Below the pieces are notes generated by a model that ran no database searches, was not told the origin of the DNA, and saw only the letters and a program-made list of their open reading frames with translations. Of a stretch of DNA of 64,000 bases, positions 10,254 to 18,051 are shown in pieces. The DNA is from a virus. Its lineage: Duplodnaviria > Caudoviricetes. The position numbers were made by a program, and so were the translations under genes. Positions within the stretch are counted from its first letter, which is position 1. Every line of letters starts with the position of its first letter. The stretch lies in IMG/VR virus record IMGVR_UViG_3300037067_027683, positions 1-64,000 of that record; one strand, given 5' to 3'.

Positions 10254-11399
10254 TTACCAGTATCCTCTGACACATTTTTGTGATTTACCAACCCATTTGA
10301 TGTTAAGTATACAACCACATCCATCAATTTTAGAGTCTCGCAAAATGTTTTCAGTTCTCAAAGCACCACAAGTGTAATATTTATCATTAATCTTTCTAAA
10401 TAACCTAGCACCAATATGATCTGCCGCTGAACATTTCATACATATTCCTTTCCTTTCTAAATATTTCAGATCATCAACTCTTGGTTCTGATATGAATTTG
10501 ATGACATCAGATATTGATCCATTTAAATCTTTAAGTTGTTTCCAAATTTCTGGGAGACAGCCGCAACTTGATACATTCTTTGGGGCGTGTGGATCAATCT
10601 CATGATATTGAGATTCATAAATACCAGTATCTAAATATTTTTTAAGTTTATTCTCACAATCCACTAAATCCTTGCATATAGCATATTTGTTTTGGCCATG
10701 ATATGGTCTAATATCAAAATCATATGCTATTAAGAACATAGGTATTCCTACGCTATGCATAACATGTGACATACCACTTGATACTCCAACGAATGCATCA
10801 CAAGTTGACGCAATTTCAATACATTTCTTTAAAGATAGATTTCTACCTAGCCTAATGAAATCATAATCTTTAAATTTTTCATAAAAATCTACTAATTCCC
10901 ATCTAGGTGGTCTTGGCACGATGTTAGAATCGAATTGGTAACATATTCGTTTATATCGTCCTGGTGTCCATTCAATCTTAGTTGGTGGATTTTTAATTGA
11001 CCAATATGCATTAGTAATTTTAGCGCCCTTTTGGTCTGTAAATTCTATCTTGCCTTTAGAATTAATCAATTCTAGTATTTCATCAAATCTTGGATTCCGT
11101 GTGACTATTGGTATTTCTCCTGTATCTTCATTTTGTTGTAATAACCAACACATAAATTGCCAGCTATCTCCTAATTTATCATATGCTACTTGGTCAGAAT
11201 AAATGTTATTCTGAATTTCTGGTTGTTGAACGCCTAAATCACCCCAGTTCTTACCATGCGGGCATATAAAATTGTCTTCAGTTATGTCTTCGAATACTTT
11301 TCTCAACTGCGTACGCCATACTTTCCCACCGTCTAGATTTCTACAGAGGGTGCAGTGGGCATTTGACTTGCAATGTATTGATGTAAAGAATTTCATCAT
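10254..11399 (-). CDS. GT9 (heptosyltransferase)-like domain flanked by Cys-rich metal-binding domains
   Basis: Central FVGVSSGMSHVMHSVGIPMF resembles the GT9 motif. N-terminal HC..AHCTLC..CPHG; C-terminal CMKC..CG..GCGC..KC. Confidence 0.6.
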   Translation of the reverse strand: MMKFFTSIHCKSNAHCTLCRNLDGGKVWRTQLRKVFEDITEDNFICPHGKNWGDLGVQQPEIQNNIYSDQVAYDKLGDSWQFMCWLLQQNEDTGEIPIVTRNPRFDEILELINSKGKIEFTDQKGAKITNAYWSIKNPPTKIEWTPGRYKRICYQFDSNIVPRPPRWELVDFYEKFKDYDFIRLGRNLSLKKCIEIASTCDAFVGVSSGMSHVMHSVGIPMFLIAYDFDIRPYHGQNKYAICKDLVDCENKLKKYLDTGIYESQYHEIDPHAPKNVSSCGCLPEIWKQLKDLNGSISDVIKFISEPRVDDLKYLERKGICMKCSAADHIGARLFRKINDKYYTCGALRTENILRDSKIDGCGCILNIKWVGKSQKCVRGYW

Positions 11400-11404
11400 A
11401 TCTC

Positions 11405-13777
11405 CTAACTCAGTACCACTGTGTAGTTACCACAGAACTGTAGACCGTAATTCTGGTATGCTGCTATTACGATTGACCCAACTGGGTGTCCTCCTACTCC
11501 TGTACATGTTATGGCGCCTGATCCAGTGGCTGTAGCGTATCCATTATATAAACTTATGCTTATAGTCCATACTCCACCTGAGCATGTTAATGTATATCCG
11601 CCGCCACCATAATCAGTCCATGTGCAACCAGAACTATGCATAAATGCAGCCCCAGATCTCGCAAAGAACATTGGGGCATTAGTGCCACAAGGACCATATG
11701 CACTAACTGCAACGGTGATTATGCTATTACCTGTACATTGCGCGGCACAATCTGGGCAAGCAGGAGGTGGAGTACTGGAACTGGAGCTAGAGCTTGAACT
11801 AGAACTTGAACCATTTGAACTTGAACCATTTGAACTTGAACTAGAACTACATGGAATCCATTCAAATTCCCAAATAGATCCACAACAGGTATTGCCGTAT
11901 GGATCTCCTTTGAATGTACCACTAACCACAAATTGTGTATGTGCTGGAACAGTCTGACGATTATTGGCGCCATCATCAAATTCCAAGCCTGTGCCATCGC
12001 AAGCAGGATTGTAGCATCCAAAACCTTCGTCATTAGTCTCTGGGCGTAGTTTGCTAGTGTAATTGACACACACGTCGTAATCAGAATAATTCTTGATAGT
12101 CAATACGCCACTGATTGAATTAAACTCTTCATTAAAGCACACACACGTCTCTTTAGATTCTCCAATTAATCTATTATCATTTGTTATCTCAATTTCCCAG
12201 AGTAATGGACTTGTAATAGTTGTTTCATCGCAACCACATGGTCCAGCAGGACTGCTGGACGATGAATGTTGAGAAGATTGCGAACCTGCCGAACCATTTG
12301 AAGATTGTGACGACGATGACGATGAGGAAGATCCCCCTGATGATGATCCAGAAGATGAACTACTTGAAGACGAACTACCTGAATTGGAACCAGACGATGA
12401 AGATGATGCGGAAGAAGACCCACTATTACTTGAGTCAGCGAATGCAGGTTGCGGTGGGACACGCACACGTGGCAAACCTTCTACCGCACAAGCATCGCCC
12501 AAATTCCCACACATGAAGAAATTATCTCGGCAACACATTTCTGGGGGAGATGGGTCAGTGATTATGGTGAATGGGAAAGGACCAGTAATACAATCTGAAT
12601 TCTGCACATTGATTTGTGGTAGATTATTAAACCATTGGAATTTAGATAATTCGTAACGCCTCCGGTCATCACACTTCTTCATCGGAGTCCAGGCTGGTAA
12701 TTTTAATTCTGGGTATTTAACTTCGTCATTAAAAGTATAAAAACCAATATTTTTACAGTTTTTAGTTGTTTGTTCAACTGCCAATGTGTATTGACTGGAT
12801 GGGAAAGTTCCTTCACCAATTGCTAAGCTTGCAGTACAAATTTCATTACTAACTTGAGACTGTATGAATAATATGTTCTCTTTCGAGTTAGTCCTAAGAG
12901 AAGAAACATATTTTTCAAAACGAACCAATGAGTCATCTGGTATTTCGACATTTAATTCAAAAAGTGGGTCTCCGTCAGCCCCAGTTTTCCCTTGTGGGCC
13001 TCGTTGCCTAACTTTATAACGCCAAACATTTGTTTCTAGAGTAAAAACACCTTTTTTCAAAACAATTATGCCAGATACCATATTAGTTGCTGAATCATAA
13101 TGAATATGTGTGTTCTTTTCATCTACTTCATATTCGTCTGTGTCAATAAATTCCAAATAATCAGTGCCAGCTACTGAAATTAATATTTCTATTATCTGTG
13201 TGTCTTGATTAAAAATCCGTAAAGACAATGGCTCAGCTAATGGTGTTGATACTCTGTTATTGAATTCGAATGTCGTAGTCGTCAGTTTAGTTGGTTGATA
13301 GAATTTTTCTTTGGCGGCAGGTATCCCATTTCTACCTTTATCCCCTACCTCACCACGTGGCCCAATCGTACCAATACATGGTGTTCTAGTTAACAATGAT
13401 GAAATATGTGCTCTATTGACTTCTAATCTAATAAGCTTTTGTCCATTCTCTAACGTTTCTGGTTTAAAACGAATAGTGCCATCGTTTGAATTAAGATAAT
13501 AGAAATACGGATATATGCCAGACCCAACATAAATCTTATTTGGACCGAAATCTACACCCAAATCAATTGTGGTCTGTAGTTCTTTGAGTTTGGCGTAAAC
13601 ACTAGGTGGTATTAATCCGTCATTTATTTCGTTAACTAGTGGTGGATTTGGTATTATGCCAATTTGAATCCAAGAATTTTCTTCAGAGTTATATCGGTAG
13701 ATATTGCCATATTCATCTGCAACTTCTTCGCCGTCAGTTGGGTTAGATGGTAATTTTGGGGTAATATCGATGCTCAT
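11405..13777 (-). CDS. Putative virion fibre/surface protein with collagen-like triplets, poly-Ser linkers and Cys-rich modules
   Basis: N-terminal LPSNPTDG..GNIYRY..W (fibre-like), GPRGEVGDKGRNG and GPQGKTGADG triplets, two Ser-rich tracts, Cys-rich C-terminal domains. Confidence 0.65.
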   Translation of the reverse strand: MSIDITPKLPSNPTDGEEVADEYGNIYRYNSEENSWIQIGIIPNPPLVNEINDGLIPPSVYAKLKELQTTIDLGVDFGPNKIYVGSGIYPYFYYLNSNDGTIRFKPETLENGQKLIRLEVNRAHISSLLTRTPCIGTIGPRGEVGDKGRNGIPAAKEKFYQPTKLTTTTFEFNNRVSTPLAEPLSLRIFNQDTQIIEILISVAGTDYLEFIDTDEYEVDEKNTHIHYDSATNMVSGIIVLKKGVFTLETNVWRYKVRQRGPQGKTGADGDPLFELNVEIPDDSLVRFEKYVSSLRTNSKENILFIQSQVSNEICTASLAIGEGTFPSSQYTLAVEQTTKNCKNIGFYTFNDEVKYPELKLPAWTPMKKCDDRRRYELSKFQWFNNLPQINVQNSDCITGPFPFTIITDPSPPEMCCRDNFFMCGNLGDACAVEGLPRVRVPPQPAFADSSNSGSSSASSSSSGSNSGSSSSSSSSSGSSSGGSSSSSSSSQSSNGSAGSQSSQHSSSSSPAGPCGCDETTITSPLLWEIEITNDNRLIGESKETCVCFNEEFNSISGVLTIKNYSDYDVCVNYTSKLRPETNDEGFGCYNPACDGTGLEFDDGANNRQTVPAHTQFVVSGTFKGDPYGNTCCGSIWEFEWIPCSSSSSSNGSSSNGSSSSSSSSSSSSTPPPACPDCAAQCTGNSIITVAVSAYGPCGTNAPMFFARSGAAFMHSSGCTWTDYGGGGYTLTCSGGVWTISISLYNGYATATGSGAITCTGVGGHPVGSIVIAAYQNYGLQFCGNYTVVLS
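11802..11841. repeat. 15-bp tandem repeat encoding the SSSNG linker
   Basis: gaacttgaaccattt occurs twice plus a partial third copy. Confidence 0.8.
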
Positions 13778-13833
13778 ATGTTATCTTTAATCCCAAATTA
13801 TTTATTTTAGATTTCAATATAGAGAGTCTATTT

Positions 13834-14260
13834 AATCCGCATCAAATCCAAGTGATTGACCAGAGAGTAAAATAGATGACTCTGGAATTACTGGATTTTT
13901 ATTGTTTGAACATAAAGGATAGTTACAAGGAGGGGATGACCCCAACTCATTTTAGAGTTATTACTATCCAAGTTCAAACAAGCGGATTTCAGGAGACCAA
14001 ACAAAAACGAATCTTGTTCGTTTTGTCCGACCCAGTAGAGGCCCATCCGCTCCAAGAAACCCTTGAGTCTTGGAGAAGACAACAAGATCGCTCCTGTTGT
14101 CCATCCCAGCTGTGCTGGTTGATGCTTGTGCCCTGGTTCTAGACTCTGTAGATTCACCAGGTGGCCTCTGTCCTACTGGGATTTTACGACATCGTATGAT
14201 GAAGGTTGGTATTATAGGCCGAGTTAGTTATAGTCCAACCTACCAGAACGAATGGGCTTA
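13834..14260. ncRNA. Candidate structured non-coding RNA or structured DNA element in a divergent intergenic region
   Basis: More than 10 nested complementary stems (listed under findings), including a minus-strand 10-bp stem with a GCGA (GNRA) tetraloop. No convincing ORF. Confidence 0.6.
14211..14238 (-). promoter_or_regulatory. Possible sigma70-like promoter pointing into the structured element
   Basis: The minus strand reads TTGGAC-16 nt-TATAAT. Confidence 0.35.
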
Positions 14261-14383
14261 TCACAAACTTCTTACAACCAACATGAGTTTGTGATCACCT
14301 ATTTAATGACTACCACGACCACCGTGGCGTTGATTATATACGTTAAAAACAACTCGATATTTAAATATCTTAAGAGGACGACC

Positions 14384-14935
14384 ATGGACAAAATCAAAAA
14401 ACCAGAATTTGTGCAAATACTCAGATCTAAAAAACCAACTAAAGATGAACGTAAAAAGCTAATTAAGAATTTTAAGAGAAATGGTGTAGAATATGAGGCA
14501 GATGTTAAAGACCAATACAAGAGCATTAAAAAGAGAATTGCTTATTTTTCAAAAGAACATAAGATGATTGGAGAATGGATATATGTTGGTTATAATTGGT
14601 GGTGTAGAAAAATAACTGACTATGAATTTGCTAAAATATATGCTCAGAACAATACGACTTTGGAAGAGGAACCATGGGATGATAAATTTCACAAATTTGA
14701 AAATCCTCCAACCATAGTGTTAAGAGATGTTTCTGGTAATAAGGAAAAGGGATTCCTAGTAGGGTATAATGAGTTTGAATTATTAATTGAATGGATAGAC
14801 CCAATCACTAAAGAGAGAAAACATGCGATTCCGATTAGGGATGTCGAAAATATTTCTTTTGAATGGTTGGAACATTATAAGAAGTATCGGAAAATAATCG
14901 CAAATATATTAAAATCACGTAAGAAGGGGTCTTGA
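14384..14935 (+). CDS. Basic protein with C-terminal Sm/Hfq-like domain
   Basis: IVLRDVSGNKEKGFLVGYNEFELLI aligns without gaps to Hfq Sm1 ([25 protein letters not shown]) and is followed by KHAIP. The start at 14384 has a GAGG RBS. Confidence 0.5.
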   Translation: MDKIKKPEFVQILRSKKPTKDERKKLIKNFKRNGVEYEADVKDQYKSIKKRIAYFSKEHKMIGEWIYVGYNWWCRKITDYEFAKIYAQNNTTLEEEPWDDKFHKFENPPTIVLRDVSGNKEKGFLVGYNEFELLIEWIDPITKERKHAIPIRDVENISFEWLEHYKKYRKIIANILKSRKKGS

Positions 14936-14936
14936 G

Positions 14937-15179
14937 ATGTTTGGTTGGTTTAAGAGGTTATTTAAAGATAAATCAGAGATAGTGATCACAATTAATGTAC
15001 CCCCGATTCAGGTGTTTGTACATGAAGATCAGAACGATAGACCCGTTACACATAATAAACAAGAAAGACATACCACCGTTGATCCAACCGGTGTATGTAA
15101 TGAAGAAAATTTCGACCAACTTTCAGATAAATTCAAGAAAACCAAAACCTCAGAAACTCAATTTGGAATTGGTACATAA
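14937..15179 (+). CDS. Small protein with N-terminal amphipathic helix
   Basis: MFGWFKRLFK N-terminus; lies between the Sm-like and actin-like genes. Confidence 0.6.
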   Translation: MFGWFKRLFKDKSEIVITINVPPIQVFVHEDQNDRPVTHNKQERHTTVDPTGVCNEENFDQLSDKFKKTKTSETQFGIGT

Positions 15180-15213
15180 CACTGGAACATTCCTGAGAAG
15201 GAGTAACATACCC

Positions 15214-16260
15214 ATGAGATTGATCGGATTAGATCTTGGGACTAAGCATATTGTATTGTCATGGAGAGATCCTCAAAATGCGGTCAAGACTAGTTATGAG
15301 ATCAATGGATATGTGATTTTTCCTAGAGCAGATTCTTTTACTGAATCATTGTTGAAGCAGAATGGTGTTCCATTTGTTACAAGGGAGGTTGGTAATAGGA
15401 AAGAGTTAATAGCAATTGGTCAGAAAGCTGAGAAGTTGGCTTACTCTTTTAATCAGACTTTACGTAGACCCATGGCTGAGGGTGGTGTTTCAAAATTTGA
15501 TGATGATGCTCAGGAAATTATGGCTATTATTATTAAATCTATGATTGGAAAGTTAGCAGAGGATGCTTTAATTTATTATTGTACCACTGCTGCTCCTATT
15601 AATTCCGATAATTTGAATGTCGAATTTCATAAGAGGATTGTTAAATTAATAATTGAGAGTTATGCTAATGAGAAAACTAAGGTTCGTGCATTCCATATTA
15701 ATGAGGCTAGATGTTTGGTTTTAGAGGAGAAAGGTGAGGCTATTGGTATTAGTTGGGGTGCTGGAACTATTACTGTACATGCTGGTGTTTTTGGTATGCC
15801 GATTTTTGAATTTTCGATTGTGGGTGCTGGTGATTGGGTTGATGTTGAAGCTGCGAAGCGTTTTGGTTATGACCCATCTCACCCTGATCATAGTACTATC
15901 GAAACTCCTACTTCTATTTGTCGTAGGAAAGAGACTATAAGTTTATCCAAAATACCTGACGATAAGGTAGGACAGGCAATTTATTTGATGTATGAAATTC
16001 TTATTGAGAAAGTTGTTGATCAATTGGTGATCGGATTTAGGGAAAATCGTGATAAATTCAGATTTGATAAACCAATACCTGTTATTAATGCTGGTGGTAC
16101 TTGTATGCCGGATGGATTTATGGATTTGTTTAAAAAGAAGATGAATGAAGTTAAAGATGATATGTCAGTGCCAATTGGTGATATTACTAAGTTAGACAAT
16201 ACTCTGTTTGCTGTGTCTCATGGTTGTCTGAAGGCTGCTGAATTACATAAAGATGAATAA
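15214..16260 (+). CDS. Actin-fold ATPase (MreB/ParM/MamK/volactin superfamily)
   Basis: Phosphate-1 IGLDLGT, RRPMAEG, connect-1 INEAR, phosphate-2 GISWGAGT, GAGDWVD, adenosine NAGGT. The start at 15214 has an AGGAG RBS. Confidence 0.85.
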   Translation: MRLIGLDLGTKHIVLSWRDPQNAVKTSYEINGYVIFPRADSFTESLLKQNGVPFVTREVGNRKELIAIGQKAEKLAYSFNQTLRRPMAEGGVSKFDDDAQEIMAIIIKSMIGKLAEDALIYYCTTAAPINSDNLNVEFHKRIVKLIIESYANEKTKVRAFHINEARCLVLEEKGEAIGISWGAGTITVHAGVFGMPIFEFSIVGAGDWVDVEAAKRFGYDPSHPDHSTIETPTSICRRKETISLSKIPDDKVGQAIYLMYEILIEKVVDQLVIGFRENRDKFRFDKPIPVINAGGTCMPDGFMDLFKKKMNEVKDDMSVPIGDITKLDNTLFAVSHGCLKAAELHKDE

Positions 16261-16281
16261 TTATTTTGTTAGGGGAATACT

Positions 16282-16635
16282 GTGAAGTGGAATGGTTTTG
16301 CTGCGGTGTGTATATGCGGTAAATTGTGCACCAGTAAACCTGGTTTAACGATGCATCATAAACACTGTAAGGAAGCTCAAGCATCATTTAAGAAGAATGG
16401 ATCTGGTATTCAAAAGACCAATATTATTGAATCTGAGTTAGTATATACACCAATGGTTAAGGAATTAGTTGATTTAGTTAGAGATTTATCTATTGATGCT
16501 CATTATGCAATAACCGAGAAGAATAAATCTGCTGGTCGGAGAGCACGAGTTGGTCTTAATCGTCTAAAACATAAAATCACACCTCTTCGGAAGGTCATTT
16601 TACAGAAGATTAAGATTAAACGTGATAGTATTTAA
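16282..16635 (+). CDS. C2H2-like zinc finger fused to an Hc1 histone-H1-like domain
   Basis: CICGKLCTSKPGLTMHHKHC followed by NKSAGRRARVGL...LRK, resembling the Hc1 family motif NKxAxxRxR. Confidence 0.6.
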   Translation: MKWNGFAAVCICGKLCTSKPGLTMHHKHCKEAQASFKKNGSGIQKTNIIESELVYTPMVKELVDLVRDLSIDAHYAITEKNKSAGRRARVGLNRLKHKITPLRKVILQKIKIKRDSI

Positions 16636-16641
16636 AGGCTT

Positions 16642-18051
16642 GTGGAAGAGTCTCAACTGATACAACCAATTTCGGCCCAGGAGGCTGAAAATCTTTTTCC
16701 TGGTCCAAGCGATTTCGTACATTTACATAATCATACATTATTTAGTATTCTTGATGGTGTTGCTTCTCCAGAGCAATATTTCAAAGATGCTGCTGCACGT
16801 AAATCACCAGCTTTTGCTATTACGGAACATGGTGTTCTTAATAGTATTCCAGATGGTTATTTAGCATCTAAGGAGTTTGGTGTTAAATTTATTGCTGGTG
16901 TCGAGTTTTATTATTGTGATTATGATGATTTACGTAAAGATTTACAAAATAAGGGTATAACGCCTGCTATGTTGAAGGAGCAAAATCAGATCCATATTTC
17001 TTCAAGGGTTTATAGGAATCGCCATTTGACCATATTGTCTAAGGATATGGGTGGTTATGAGAATCTTCTTTCTTTAAACAAATATGCTTTTGAGAACAAT
17101 TTCTATTATAAACCTAGGACTTCTATTGAGCAATTGGCTAAATTTAAGGATGGTTTAATTGTTTTATCTGGATGCTTGAATGGTCCGGTTAGTCATGAAT
17201 TGCGTGCTGATAATTTGACAACTAAAGATGGATGGAGAGGTGCTGTTGAATATGTTCGTGACTTCAAGAATTTATTTGGGGATAATTTTTATGTGGAACT
17301 ACAAATGCCTGGGGTCGCTAATGATAAAGAAGTGTTCACTAAGTTGGTGACTTTGGCTGATCATTTTAAGGTTAAGACTGTTATTACAAATGATTGTCAT
17401 TATACTGATCGTAAAGATTTCTTAATTCAAAAAGTCATGATGGCTATTGATCAGAAGACCACTATTGATGATCCTGAATTATTTCATGTTAATTCGGATG
17501 ATCAATATATGAAGACTAGACATGAATTGCGTGCTACTTTTATTAGACGTGGTTATATATCTGATGTTCCATTGAGTGTTTTTGAACAATCTTGTAATAA
17601 TACTCTTGAAGTTGCTGATAAGTGCAAAGCTTTTAAACCTAATCTAGAACCGAAATTACCAAAGATTGATGACGCTGAAAATAAGCTATGTGCTTTAGCT
17701 CTTAACGGTTTGAAAAATAGGGGTCTGGATAAAGATTCTAAAAGATATTTTATTGATGGGCGTGAGGTTACATATTATGATCAGATGATCATTGAGTTAG
17801 ACAGGATTATTGAAAAAGGTTTTGCTTCATATTTTTTAATAACTCTTGATTTGGTAAGCAGGGCTAAACGTGAGGGTTGGATGATGGGTCCTGCTCGTGG
17901 TTCTGCTGGTGGGTCTTTAATTTGTTTTCTGATTGGTATTCAGGAACTTGATCCTATTAAATGGGGGTTGTCTTTTAATCGCTTCTTATCTCCTGCGCGA
18001 GGTGGTTTTATGCTTAATATTGGGATGCCTAAGAAGGAGAAGCCTAAATGA
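16642..18051 (+). CDS. dnaE: DNA polymerase III alpha subunit, N-terminal part (PHP domain plus start of palm)
   Basis: FVHLHNHTLFSILDG, ITEHG, GFASYFLI, GPARGSAGGSL, DPIKWGLSFNRFL. It ends before the catalytic PDxDxD. Confidence 0.92.
   Translation: MEESQLIQPISAQEAENLFPGPSDFVHLHNHTLFSILDGVASPEQYFKDAAARKSPAFAITEHGVLNSIPDGYLASKEFGVKFIAGVEFYYCDYDDLRKDLQNKGITPAMLKEQNQIHISSRVYRNRHLTILSKDMGGYENLLSLNKYAFENNFYYKPRTSIEQLAKFKDGLIVLSGCLNGPVSHELRADNLTTKDGWRGAVEYVRDFKNLFGDNFYVELQMPGVANDKEVFTKLVTLADHFKVKTVITNDCHYTDRKDFLIQKVMMAIDQKTTIDDPELFHVNSDDQYMKTRHELRATFIRRGYISDVPLSVFEQSCNNTLEVADKCKAFKPNLEPKLPKIDDAENKLCALALNGLKNRGLDKDSKRYFIDGREVTYYDQMIIELDRIIEKGFASYFLITLDLVSRAKREGWMMGPARGSAGGSLICFLIGIQELDPIKWGLSFNRFLSPARGGFMLNIGMPKKEKPK

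Noticed and set aside
13985-14000. Cobalamin riboswitch (TCAGGAGACC resembles the B12 box)
   Set aside because: The upstream GGGAA and GCCACTG elements are absent.
14240-14265. RNase P RNA (AGAAcgaatgGGCTTAT resembles the 3' consensus)
   Set aside because: No GAGGAAAGTCC-like 5' P4 strand is found.
13876-14294. Short ORFs in the intergenic element (13876-14142, 13888-14157, 14070-14294)
   Set aside because: They overlap each other, have atypical composition and no motifs. The region is better explained by base-pairing.
14995-15213. N-terminal extension of the actin ORF given in the track
   Set aside because: It overlaps the 14937-15179 gene. The phosphate-1 motif and an AGGAG RBS place the start at 15214.
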